From NCBI RefSeq assembly GCF_009834535.1, contig NC_045696.1, positions 24,368,001-24,432,000 of the forward strand: a DNA stretch of 64,000 bases, read 5' to 3'. The DNA comes from Camelus ferus (Eukaryota). The notes beneath the pieces are model-generated. The model was not told where the DNA came from, searched no databases, and saw only the letters and a program-made list of their open reading frames with translations. Made by a program: the position numbers and the translations under genes. Each line of letters opens with the position of its first letter. Within the stretch, counting starts at the first letter, position 1. Shown in pieces: positions 13,331 through 26,000 of the stretch.

Positions 13331-15164
13331 AGTTGAATTCAAATCTAGCTGAATTCAACTTTTTATGATGGCAGTAAGCTAACCCATTATATCTTCTCCC
13401 TGTTCTCATTCATTCCTCGTCTTACTTTGAACAGTTTTAATTGTAGCAGAGATGTAATAGCATATTCTACTTTTTCACTTAATGCTATCTGATATATATT
13501 TACACTGCATTTGTACTATGTTATCCCTTTTAAGGTCGTTATGCCATGCTGTCACTAAAAATCAGTCAAATGGAACCACACAGTCATTTGCAAGCACTAG
13601 TTACTTGTTTGGCAAGGTGGAAGCTTATACTTTTAGATCAGTAAATTAATGGCTAAGTTAATCTTCCTTTTTTAATTGAGAAAAGTCAACTAAGCATAAA
13701 TGTTGATTAAACAGACGATGGTACTGAAAGCAGCATATAGATAATATATGTTACACAAATTACTTAGCCTGTGTCTCTCACGAAGAGTAAAGAGAAAATC
13801 AAGGTGATTATCTGAAATATGTAGGCACAAAGTATAACACAAAACAATGTTCACTTCAGCTACACCTGTGAATTTTTGCAGGGACTATTCGTCTAATTGC
13901 TTCAATAATCCACTTAGCTCCTTAAAATATTATCTAAACCTTCTTTGTTTCAGTCATTAAAAAATGATGATTTCTCCCTTCACTATTTTATACATGTAAA
14001 TATTGAGACGATAAAGGACAAAGAGTGACTACTAAGCTCTTTATAAGGAAGTGCTGAGAATAAAGACAAAATACAAAAACAAAGCTGTAAACTACTCACA
14101 TTATCTTGGGTGAGAATTTTCTTATTATTCTTGACCAATAATTCCTAGTCTCAGGCTAAACCTTGGAGAATCGGCATCCTAAATCATTTCTACAGGGTGT
14201 AAATTCATCTCCTGTTCCTCCAAATAAGTTATTTATTTTTAGAGAAAAATCAATTTTGAAGTTGAGACTTGGTCAGGTTAAAAAGCAGCTTAAACCCAGA
14301 GATGAAAGTGTTCTCTCTCACTTTCTCTACTGGTTTGAATTAAGGTATCTGTGAGCCTCTAGAACCCTTTCCCCCTCATCTTCCTGCTGGTCTCGGTGGA
14401 CAGAGAAGAAAGGAGTACAATGTTTATTGTCTAAGTGCTGACATGAACTGAATCATTTACTGGGTACGGACACTAAAGAAAAGGAATAAAAAGCAGGCAT
14501 TTCGTCCCTCTTCTGAGAATAACACAGCTTGGGCTCCCTCCCTCTGGCGCTCTGCTCCGTGTGGTGAGGACTTTTTCCCTCTTGCTTTCGCTGTTTATGT
14601 ACGAACATCGAGATGCATTTATCAGATTGCCTTTGGAAACTGCCTGGGAGGATACGGATTTGCATTCACTTTCAAAGATCACAGCATCTTGTTTTGAGAA
14701 CATTCCTACGACTATGGAAAGCAGCAGTCTATACTAAAAATACACACGTGTCACTTGAGAGCCAAGCTCTCCGATGAGAAGGAGGACATCTGGTGATCCT
14801 CCTCGTGCTCCCTATACTCCCACAGTCTGGAAACTTGCAGAAAATTTGTTTTTAGCAAGTAACCAAACAACTACACAGTACAACTACAAAAACCTTATTT
14901 TACCTTCCATTCATTGAAAGATGTAAAATAACCTTAAAGAGCTGAAGTTTAGAGTTATCAATGTTATAATATAAACATGTAAGAGTTTAGAAAGAATGAA
15001 TATAAGCTAAGGGGAAAATATCTTTGGAGGAATTTTGCAAAATTTCTTTAAAAAATAAAATAGCATATGATATTTTAAATAATTTTTAATTCTGATCTGT
15101 TCATTACTTGGAAGTTGATTTATCCAAGCCAGTCTTGATCAGTTCATATTATGAAGGAGTTTAC

Positions 15165-15525
15165 TGTACATTTCATTTTCTGCCAGGGACACACTCTTTC
15201 TCTAGATACTCATGTGACCAGCTTCTTTATTTTTCTTTAAGTCTTCATGCAAATATCACCTAGATAATGTAGCATCCCCACTGTCCCCAGGACACTTTCT
15301 AGCTTTTGCCCTGTCTTAACTATTTTTTTTTCTCCTTAGCTCTTACCACCTATTTGACAGACTGCATGTTTATTTGTTTATTGCCTCTCATTTTCTGCTA
15401 AAATGTAAACTTTATGAGATCAGGGACTTTACTGGGTTTGTTTGTTTTTTGTTCCCGATGCCTATAGCAGCTCCTGGCACGTAGAAGGTACACAATAAAT
15501 ATTTGTGGAGTGAAGGAACAAATGA
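15165..15525 (+). mobile_element. L2a 3' end
   Basis: aatgtaaactttatgagatcagggac...cctggcacgtagaaggtacacaataaatatttgtggagtgaa. Confidence 0.75.
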
Positions 15526-16358
15526 AATTTGCTTGACTCTGATGCAAAAAAAAAAAAAATGACTAAGGAAAAGATGTAAACAGATAAATAACTGATGGAA
15601 CATTAGCACAGAAAAGGACCCTTTCTATTTGTGCCTGATGTTCTCAAATCTATTTGTTGTTTGTTTTTTTGCTGGGCTTGAAATGTAGGCATTCAGCCAG
15701 AAGGCTGCATGCTGACTAATGAGATAGAGATACAGATCTATTCCAGCAATATTCATACATTCTATATGGATCATTTTTCTCTAGTGACATTTTAATATAT
15801 TTTGGTGAAGATATTCCCAAGATAATGAAGATACGTTGAGTGAGCATCAAAAGTGATGAGTCTTTTTTTCTATTATCAAAGACAAATACAGGTGTGTAAT
15901 ATATGCAGAGCATTGGAAGCAGGGAAAGAAAATGAGAGAATCTCAAGTAATGAAAAGAAATTAAAGCTCTCCAGCAATGAAAAGGAAGGCCAGACTGAAA
16001 ACATAAATCTCTGGACTCAGCAAGGATTTATACTGATGTGGAGAAAGTGGACCAATAGCTTTCGTGATGTGATTCATTTTGAAAAAATGTCATTTCTACT
16101 GCCAAACAGACTTCGTGGTTTACTGAAAATTTCATCTTCAGTCTAATCACATGGGCCAAATTCTGACCCGATATATTCTGATATGAGGAATGAACTAATT
16201 CCTGAACTTATTTGTGAGATTTTAAGAATAATATCAAGGAAGGTGACAGCTAACATGAGATCTTGGTTTATTTGCATTAGGTCTTATGCTATCTACTAGA
16301 ACTTCTGTGTAACATGACATTAACAGAATAAAGATCATGTAATTCAAGACTGGTCTAG

Positions 16359-16441
16359 CTCTCACCTTCTGAGACAGCTCACACTCTGTCTGTGGAGTGT
16401 GCACCTTCCTGAATAAATCTACTTTCATTCTATTAGAAAAA
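16359..16441 (+). mobile_element. Short polyadenylated ERV-LTR fragment retrocopy with target-site duplication
   Basis: LTR-like ctctcaccttctgagacagctcacactctgtctgtggagtgt, AATAAA at 16412-16417, short A tail; flanks AAGACTGGTCTAG (16346-16358) and AAGAGTGGTTTAG (16442-16454). Confidence 0.6.
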
Positions 16442-18789
16442 AAGAGTGGTTTAGACTCTGTCCAAATGACCTAGAAAGATATCAATTCATTTATAATGCA
16501 ATCCTGTTGGTCAGACCATAGGATAGGAACTGGTTTTACCAGAGACTCACAAGAGCAAGGCAGGGGGGAATCTAGACAGGTCATTTTCAAGTAGGACTAA
16601 ATCTAAATCAATTGAGAGAGATAGCACCAGCTTTGGAGATTGTGCCTTAAAGAACAACTATCACTAGTCAATTTTTTCTTTGAAATTGACCATGTTGCAG
16701 TAAATCAGATTAGAACATCACTAATACTGGCTATAGAATGGCAAAATTAGGGCAAGTAGTTCACACAGTTTGTACCAGAAGGTACTGATGATTCGAATGA
16801 ATCCAGCTATTTTATTGGTAGGATGGGGAGTTGATAATTTGGCAGTAGTAGCTAACACAAATAATGCTCACATAGTGTAGGTCATCCTATGTTGGTTTGC
16901 TATTTATTATTGGGTTCCATATATTATACAGTAAAATTTGACTTCAGTCTTTTACCCAAAATTTAGGGATTGGGCTGTTTAATTCAGTCTTTAATAAACT
17001 GATTTCCAATTCTTTTGGTTGGAGTAAGTGCATAGTCATAGAAGTAGAGAAATAAAAATGAAAGCCAAAATGTAAATGTAAAGACAGATTCATAGAACTA
17101 CATAATGATGGTTGTTGTGGAGCTGAGATTTAGATTGGGAATAGGACTATTTAGTCTTCTTCCAGGTGACAACAGCCACTCAGAGGATCTTCTGTTGAAA
17201 AATTGTCTACTGTATCATCTGAGGCTAAGGACTAAAATCCACAGTTGAGTCAATAGGTTTTTCAAAACTTAGTAGGTAAAGTTGTCACAATCAGGAGGAA
17301 TATATTTTAACAAGGATTATTACAAATTGTGATGTCATCCCCTTGAGAGATCCTGTCTGTGTGTTTCCTGCAAGTCTTTCAATTATTTTTGCAGATTTAC
17401 CTAGGCTTTGTGTTTTGTTTTTTTTTTTTTTTGTTATTGTTGTTGTTTGTTTATAGAAAATGGTACAAATTGATGTAAGAAGATGTCACTTGCTTCAAGC
17501 TCTAGCCAGTATTTCCATTTGCTCTAGTCTGAATTCTCCCAAAGTGGTCCACTTCCAAGTATAAAGCGTGAAATAATAGATCATGACCTGAAATACAATA
17601 TGCATTTCAAAAGCTTATTCTTTAATCTTATCAAATGAGTGGAACTTTTGCCAAGATAAATAGAATGTTTTCCACATGATATTTAATCAGTATAATATCT
17701 TTCATTTTTAAGTTAAAATTAATTTAGTTTCATTGTTATTGGAATGAAATATACAGAATGCAAACTAGAAAACAAAATAGAATTGGGTCTCAATAAACTT
17801 CCAGCATGGCTCTCCTAACAGTTGCACATGAAGAGAAAAAAAAAAAAGGCAATATAAAAACTTGTTTTCCTGAGACACCATCTGTTATTTTTGTTTGAAT
17901 TAAGCTCAGTGCTCTAAAGGTTATGGATGCTGTACAGTAATTAGCACCATTATGGGAAATGTTGTTACTTTTATGTATTGAATTTTCCCAGTTATATAAG
18001 TAGAGAAATCCAAAATGATCTCTTTTATCAGAGGTGTGACTAAATTTCTTGTTTGTGTTATAATATCAGCAAAGTAATATTGCATTGTCAATGTGCTGGT
18101 TCTGAAATGCAAATAAAATAGGAGCTTTGTTTTACATATTTTACATCTAATTGTTGTTTTCTTTATGTCACATATATAGACATTTTGAAGAGAGTGATCA
18201 TCAAATTGTTATCAAATATCTATAAATTCTATTGATTTTTGTACCTTAGGGAAATTAGTTTTCATATCAGTTAATAAGAAAGTTAGATTCTCTTCGCCAA
18301 AAGGAAGTCAACAAGTTTTAAGTACTTTTAAACACTGTATAAATATCGATATATGTTTTGTACAACATTTCCCCCCTGTTCTTTGGAAACAGTGGTCCAA
18401 AAATATTTAATTGCATGACATGAGGTAATAAGTATTTTACACTGAGGTTATATCTTATCCTTTAACTTATAATTAAAGTGACAAATTTAAGATTCATGTT
18501 TCTCAAGCATTGCTCTTATAATATTTTTTTAAACAAGCTTAAAACAAATGGAAAAAGAAGAATAAATAATGTCTATACGCAGGCCAAAGCTACTCAAATT
18601 AGGGCTTATACCCTAAATATAAATTGCAAGAGAACAGACAGTATTTAAAAATTCACCAAACTCTCTAAGGTCCAGCAGTGTCTGGCATGAGCTTCATCAG
18701 TTTCAGTGCTCTGTCGCTAGTTGCTCTGGTCTATGACAGGAATTGCTATCTGGTTAATTTCATCTAGCGCTAATGTTGATAAACTAAAA

Positions 18790-19350
18790 TGAGAGTACAC
18801 TTGGCATGGACTGAGTGCTTTGTATAAATTAACCCATTTAATTATAAGCACAAATGTTTAGGGACCATTCCTACCTCAATTTCACAGGTGAGGAAAGTGA
18901 AGTAACGTGTTCCGTGGTGCTGGGGACGTAAGTGACAGATCCGAACCAGGCAAACTATCCTCAAGGTAAGTCTGTGCTTTTAACTTACACCCAAAGAAAG
19001 CAGTCAGCCACTGAGGTTTGCTTTAAGACTGCCATAAAGGGAAAATTTCATAAAGGAGGGCCAGGCTCGGTCTCTGCAATAATAATAGCAAGTCCTTAGG
19101 TGGCACTGCTCTCTGCCAAGCACTTTACATAGGTCAGTTAATTTAATCTTCCAAACACCCACAAAGAGTATTTTTTAAATTTTATTTTAATAACATTTTT
19201 AAAATTTTTAATTAATTTTTATTTTTACTTTATAGTTATGGAAAATGGGACACAAAGAGGTTAAACAGTTTCCCTACGACTGCATTACAGTGGCAGAGGA
19301 AGGATTTGCACTCAGGCGGTCTGATTCTGAGTTCATTTTCTTTACTGTTA
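18790..19350 (-). mobile_element. Two MIR SINEs
   Basis: tttcacaggtgaggaaagtgaagtaac... and gaaaatgggacacaaagaggttaaacagtttccc...ggatttgcactcaggcggtctgattc. Confidence 0.6.
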
Positions 19351-19551
19351 TGGGATATCATATCATGTTTTGGAAATTAAAAACCTTAAATGATTTATGG
19401 GCAACATTCAGTTTATGGGTGTCAAGTTTTGGAGAAGGAGGTAAAAATTCAAATTCAATAAAAAGGGAAGAAATATATTTAAAAATACCAATGGCAATAA
19501 TACCTGGGCACTCTACAATTTAATCTACATTTACCCTCTTGTTTTAGTATG

Positions 19552-19964
19552 TGTTATAGGTTTGACGTGTGTGCCCCCCAAACTCATATGTTGAAGTCCT
19601 ACCCCTGAACAGCTCAGAATGTGACCTTATTTGGCAATACGGTCCAAACAGAGATAATCAAGTTAAAGTGAGCTTATTGGGGTGAGCCTGTATCCAATCT
19701 GACTGCTTCAAAGAAGAGAAAATTTGGACGCAGACACAACTTGAGGGAAGACGATATGAAAAGATGCAGAGAGAGAGCCATTTCCAAGCCAAGAGAGAGA
19801 CGCAGGGACCTAGCCTTCCCTCAAAAGCCCTCAAAAGGAGCAAACCTTGCTGACAGTATTATCTCAGACTTGTAGTCCCCAGAACTGCAAGACAATACAT
19901 TTCTGTTGTTTAAAGCAACCTAGTTTGTGCTACCTTGTCACAGCAGCCCTAGCAAATGAACATA
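19552..19964 (+). mobile_element. MLT1B/C MaLR solo LTR
   Basis: tgttataggtttgacgtgtgtgccccccaaactcatatgttgaagtcc...cagaatgtgaccttatttgg...ttgtcacagcagccctagcaaatgaacata. Confidence 0.85.
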
Positions 19965-20400
19965 GTGCTCTTAGATTAAGATTAGCAGAAAATCATTTCA
20001 AACAGCTTAGCCAAAAAAATAGGATTTAAGGAAGGAGACTGGGACATGTCATAGACTCCAGGAAAGTCTGGACAACCAAGCCCCAGCCTACAGGCACTGG
20101 GGAGCAGCAGGATCTCAGCCAGCATCTCCATGGCTCATCTTCTCTGTCCCTACAGGCCACATCGTCACCCATTCTGCTCTCTTGCTTGCACACAGATCAC
20201 TTTTTCACACACATGACAGCATCAAAGCCTACAAAGGGTGCAGGTCCCATCAACTAACAAATACTTATTAGGTTTAAATCTCAATTCCAAACCCATAGGA
20301 GACAGAATCTGATGGATCTGATGTAGGTCAAGTGTCTATCCCAATTTCAATCAGCTACGGCCAGGGAGGTGGAGCGACGTAGAGTAAACATGGCTTTGGG
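19965..20400 (-). mobile_element. Old MLT1 (K/J-like) LTR
   Basis: gcagaaaatcatttcaaacagcttagccaaaaaa...agaatctgatgg...ggtcaagtgtctatcc...aatcagctacggccaggg. Confidence 0.55.
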
Positions 20401-20403
20401 GAA

Positions 20404-20645
20404 CAGGGCCGTATTATGACTGTTACGGACTTCAGGCACTCTTTTCTTCATGGACCCCACCCTCCCTAAACAAACTTATTTAAAATCATGTTTTATGATT
20501 AGACTGATATATAGTATTATATATTAAAACATTTTCTTTCACATAAACTTAATTTTCTCCTGATTTTAAAGAATTAAGACATTTCCATGGGCCTTGAAAA
20601 GTATTGGGGTCCTCGGTACTGGGCCTGCTGTGCCTAATATGGCTT
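20404..20645. mobile_element. hAT-type MITE (MamRep38/Tip100-like)
   Basis: cagggccgtattatgact...aggcact...gggccttgaaaagtattggggtcctcggtactgggcctgctgtgcctaat. Confidence 0.5.
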
Positions 20646-21767
20646 TTTTGATGCAAAAGACTTCTTAGACAAAGAAGGAGTATGTATGTATAGCTACACA
20701 GTCCTATCTGGCTAGGTTGTTCAGTCTTTTCCCGTCACTTTTCCAATGAGACACTTGTAACTTGTATTATTGTTAATGAGGATACAAGTAATACCAGTGC
20801 TGGAGAGGATATTTTTCCTTGTATGTTCCTCTGTCTAATGCCTCTCAGATTTATAACTGAAAGTTGTTGACTTCCATCTCCTGATTCCAGTATGGTCCCA
20901 AGGGTGTAGAATAACCCAGGTACTTGTGGTGGAATAGACTTGGGGTAAATTATTTAACTTCCTGGACAGAGCTGAGTAGGTATTTTCGAATCCCTTCTCC
21001 CATGCACAAGGTTATATTTTACCAGCTCTAGCCATAAGCATATGCCATTAGTCCATCTTTCACAAGTAAAATAAATCAAGAAGTCCACTTAGTCACTAGA
21101 AATACATATATCTTTCCTTTTAGATGACATTTAATTATGGGTCAAGTTGAACCACTGAAGAGGTATATTTTCTGTGCTAGAGGCTGGAAGGGGTTTCTAA
21201 GACTTACTCAACTTCTTTATTATGTGTCACTTTTGAGCTCTTTCGTCTGTGCTAGAAACGATGATAGAAATGAAATAACAAAGGCAGGGTGACAAGTGTG
21301 CACTTATTTTCTGGGTTTCAAATCTAATATGTTGGACATATGACTAGGTTGAGTATAAGCATTACACCTAAGTGACTATTTCAAGTAGTTTTCAAGTGGG
21401 ACTACCATCACATGATGTGAAATGCCCTGTGAAGCACACTTTTGGGGAAAAAAAAATCCCAGCTCTTATAGACTTGTGGGTTACAGAAGTTACAGTAGTT
21501 TCACGTGGGCGATTTTAAGAAGTCAGATCAAACTAAGACTCTGCAAAATGCCACAAACCCCTCACTGGAGTCATTGTGTATGTTAGTAGATATTGGTTAT
21601 TTATTGCCATTTTTGACTGTACACACAAATGTGCGTTGCATTCACCCTGAGAACTGCCATCTTTGAGAGCAAAAGACCGCCTCTTTATTGAGAGCAATAA
21701 AATACGCATGAAGAAGTGGAGCAGAATTATCACTGGTTTGGGGCTTATTCATTCTGGAAACCTGATG

Positions 21768-22545
21768 GGTATAATGGTTAATTTCATGTGTCAACCTGAC
21801 TAGGCTATGAAATTCCCAGATATTTGGCCAAATGTTACTTCGGGTGTATCCATGGGGGTGTTTCTGGATGAGAGTAACAAGTGAATTGGTAGAATGAATA
21901 AAGCAGATTGTCCTCCCTAATGCGGGTGAACCTTATCCAATCAGTTGAAGGACTGGATAGAACTCAAAGGTTACTACCCACCCTCAGTAAGAGGAAATTC
22001 CTCCTGCCTGACTGATGGTAGCTGGTACATCAGTCTTTCCTAGCCTTCCATTCAAACTAAAACATCATCTCTTCTTAGATCTAGAGCCTGCCAGCCTTCC
22101 AACGGGAACCACACCAACTACACCACCAGTTCTTCTGGGTCTCCAACTTGCCAGCTGCAGATCTTGGGACTTCTTATCTTCTGTAATCACATGAGCCAAC
22201 TCCTTTTAAAAAATATCTTTATACAAAGGGACAGACTGGGATTTCAAAATATGTAGATACTGACAGGCATATGCAGAACAGATAAACAAGATTATACTAT
22301 GTAGCATAGGAAAATATATATAAGATCTTGTGGTAGCTCACAGCGAAAAAAAATGTGACAATGAATATATGTATGTTCATATATAACTGAAAAATTGTGC
22401 TCTACATTGAAATTGGACACAACATTGTAAAATGAATATAACTCAATAAAAATCTTTAAAAAACTCTATACAAACATACATATGTCTGTCTGTCTATCTA
22501 TCTACATCCTATTTGTTCTGTTTGTCTGAAGAACCCCAATGCAAT
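21768..22545 (+). mobile_element. MLT2 (ERVL) LTR interrupted by an L1 3' end
   Basis: atggttaatttcatgtgtcaacctgactaggcta...aagcagattgtcctccctaatgcgggtg...atcctatttgttctgtttgtctgaagaaccc. Confidence 0.85.
22228..22460 (+). mobile_element. Camelid-type L1 3' end (5'-truncated)
   Basis: gggacagactgggatttcaaaat...gatcttgtggtagctcacagcg...gaaaaattgtgctctacat...ataactcaataaaaa; flanked by imperfect repeat aaaaatatctttatacaaa / aaaaactctatacaaa. Confidence 0.8.
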
Positions 22546-22848
22546 GATTACAATACTAAGTAAAGCTCAGTCTGAGTTGCTGCCTTGTAACACATCAAAT
22601 ACTCTTCATAACTTGGCCAAAGTGAAACTAGCACATTGTAGGCTCTCAAAAGGATTTATTATAAGGAATAGAAAATAAAAGAGTTGTTACAACTTCTATG
22701 ATCAGACGTCTTTTCAGAGTACAAGTCTTTGTTTCAACTCAATTAACTATTTTTAAACTGAACCTGATTAGAGCTTTCAAACTAGTGAGCAGTGGCACAC
22801 TTCTTCACGGTGAATAAGGTATCATGAAAAGCTGAAACTTAAAGAGCA

Positions 22849-24352
22849 GCTGACGGCACATAGAGAGAGTGCGGCAGGGACAGGGCACCTTCCCTGAAGG
22901 TCTACACGGGCGCAGCGCTCCCTTACATCCACCTGGAAGTGGGCGTTGTCCAGGCACCAGGGGGGCCCTTGTGTGGTCCCCAGCCCAGGCAGGTGAACCC
23001 ATTAACCGAGGTGAAGCTGGTTAACAAGCTGAATGAATGGAGGCCAGTACTGCGGTGGTGGCCAAGATGACATGGCACTCCGAGTACAGGGATAGCGCCT
23101 GGATCTTCCTGGGGGGACTTCCTTCTGAGCTGACCAAAGGAGACATCCTGTGTGTATTCTCCCAGCACCTGAAGATTGTTAGCATTAATCTCATGTGGGA
23201 CAGGAAGACAGGGAAGTCTAAGGATTCTGTTTTATCTGCTGTAAAGACCAGAGGAGTTTTGGCTGTTGATAATTTTAATGGAATCAAGGTCAAGGGAAGA
23301 ACTACCCCAGTGGACCACTGATGCTGCCCCGCTGAAGCCTCAGAGGACGCTCTGATGGCGCCACCAGAGAGCCCTGGGAGAAGCGCTGTGGGGCTCTGAC
23401 CCCCTCATCTAGTTCATCTGGAAGCTCAGATGATGGCATAGTTTCAGAACAGCACAAACAAGAAAAACAGAACAGAAAGATCAAAGAGAAGACTGCTATA
23501 GCGTCAAAGACTAGGAGGGACAGAAAAAGCAGCCATCTTCTCTGCCAGCCAGAGGCCAGCTTAAAACACAGAAGGGCACTCCAGGCTCCAATAAACATAC
23601 CAAGGTGAAGTTGGAGTCTAGAGAAAGTACAGAGGTATCTGGAGAGGGGGCTGAGGAAGGAGAATCTGGGTTCTGAGTCCTGCCCCTGATCAGAGGCAGG
23701 AGCAGGAAAAAGGCAGAGAGCAGGGGTCAGGACAGAGGTGAAGCTCAGATGTATTTTGGCTGATCTGAAGGCACAGTCTCACACATTCTCCAGTCCCAGT
23801 GACCACCGGCCTGACCAACCCTGCAGCCTGCTTAGAACCTCAAAGTTTAAAATGAAATGTGATATTTTAAATGCTAAGGGGCTGGAACTTGTCATTTATT
23901 TTACATAATTTCTGGGGCAGAATTTCTGTAAAAATTGAACATCTTTTACTTTTTCTCCAATCATTCAAAATTTTAAAACAGCTGAAATATTACCAGATTT
24001 GTATGACCCTTTGTGTAAACTCTTGAGATTTTGGTGCCTAAGATTTAAGAGTAGTGCTCTGTGGTGGTCCACCATGTAGCAACCCCCGTCCCACTGATTT
24101 CAGCTTAAGTCTCACCATTTTCTATGAAGCAAAACATGCAGAAAGAAGCACTAGATGATCTCTGTAGTCTTCTGTAGTTTCATGCTTCGTAGGCTACCGT
24201 GGGAGAATTTCAGCCAGCTCTGTAGAGGGACTTTACTGATAATCATGTAGTTTTTCTAGTAAGCAGTAAAACATATTTAGGTTTCTGCTCCTATATTAAT
24301 TTTATGTATCAGTAGTAAAATAAATTTTTTTCAGTGTAACTTAAGCTAATAA
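22849..24352 (+). pseudogene. RBMX2: RBMX2 processed pseudogene (5' leader, CDS relic ~22993-23814, 3' UTR)
   Basis: Intronless (G)TG-NPLTEVKLVNKLNE...WHSEYRDSAWIFLGGLPSELTKGDILCVFSQ...AVDNFNGIKVKGRT..VDH matches the RBMX2 RRM; start ATG>GTG, frameshifts, C-terminal deletions; SSPSD..stop near 23814; AATAAA near 24319 and 24351. Confidence 0.93.
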
Positions 24353-25164
24353 TAAAGGGCAAAGAATATTCTTATGGGAAATAGTATCTGTTGAAATTCA
24401 CGGCTAATCATGGTAGATTAAAAAGAGATTAACTCTGATCGCACATGTTTGCTCTTCTTCTCTACTTCACATATGAACATATGCATCCATACATATAGTC
24501 TAAGAAAGCATGATAACTTATTCTCTATCATAAGAAATTGTTTTATCTGCTAGGGAGCTTGGGGTATGTAAAGTGACGCAGCATAATTGGAAATGCAAAG
24601 TGTTTCCGGGATTCTCTTAGTATTCGATGTTTGATTGATGACCATTTCATTCCCATTTGCAATTTTGTATTCTGTATATGGACAGAACTGCATATATAAA
24701 CTTGCAAAGGTTGCTACTTAGGATGGAAACCTTAGGCTAACCTTTTGGAAATTGCCTGTCCATTTTAAATAAGAATAAGCCCCCAGGATTCTAATATCTT
24801 GAATGATTTTGAATGTTGTGATTTTGGACCAATTATTTTTTATACAGGAACTGTATTTTGGCCTAAAATTTTTCTCAAAAAATCTCTACTAATTTTTCAT
24901 TAGTACATACAGAAGTTACCACTACCATAAGCAATGAGAATATTGATAATCAGCATTTATTCCTCAATGGAAATTTCTATAGTAGGCATTTACTATGATT
25001 TTATAGATCTTTATTATTATAATATTTTCATAAAATAACTGGAAATAGAAAAATGCTTTTAATTCAGTTGTCAGAAATTAACTGTTTTATTTTCCCACAT
25101 TTACTTTGTCTTTGCCTTCGTGGATGCATATTTCGCATACTTGCAGGTTCTTCACTTACTCATT

Positions 25165-26000
25165 TATTTCGTTCATTCATTCAATGAATATTTCTTAAGC
25201 TTCCAGTAAATAGTAGGTGCTGTGATATCATTGGAGATACAGAAATGAATACGACACAATGCCTGACCAGAGAAGGTCAAGATGTACTGGAAAAGATGCC
25301 CACGCAATCAGTTAAATTAGAAGACTTTGAAGAGTGCTCTAGAATTGTAAAAGGAAACACAGGCGAGTCACTTGGTCAAATGAGGTAAGAAAAGTCATTA
25401 CAGGTGGGGGTTCCCATGGGTGCAGAATCAAGGGGAGATGCAGGTGGTTCAGCGGGAATGGGAACACCAAGCACTGAGAAGAAGAGATGCAAGAAGGTCC
25501 TTGTGTGCTATACACGCTACTTGAGTTTATCTTAATTTGAAAGAGTCAGTGATTTTAAGAAGAAAGTGACATGATGAGAAATATACTTTTGAAAGAGTAC
25601 ACGTGGGAAGGTGGAGGATGTAGTAGACCAGAGAGGAACTGGGAGCAGGGAGCTGAGTAGGGAGGCAATTGCAGTAGTTTAGGGAAGAGATCGTGAGGGC
25701 GGGAACCAAGCATGGTGCTGGAGCTAGAGAAGAACTCAGGATTCCAACAGATATTTAGGAGATTATTTTAGGGGAGAAGGGAAGGCTCCCAAATTTCTGA
25801 CTATTGTATATAAGAAGAGGAGCAAAGTATATGTGGTAGGAAGGGAGTGGAGGAATGGAAGGTGGTACCAGAGAAGACTGAGTTCACTTTTCTCCTTGTT
25901 GACATCAATCAAAATAACAAGCTGATAGTGGCACAGAACTTAACCATCAGGAAATTACTGGTGACCAGTGTGAGTTGCTAATGAGATAGATGAGGGAGAG
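25165..26000 (-). mobile_element. L2 LINE (3' part)
   Basis: ttcattcattcaatgaatatttcttaagc...ggagatacagaaatgaat...gggaggcaattgcagtagtttaggg. Confidence 0.7.

Noticed and set aside
23021..23598. ORFs on both strands over the RBMX2-like region as coding genes
   Set aside because: Frameshifted pseudogene pieces and their antisense shadows; true start codon mutated to GTG.
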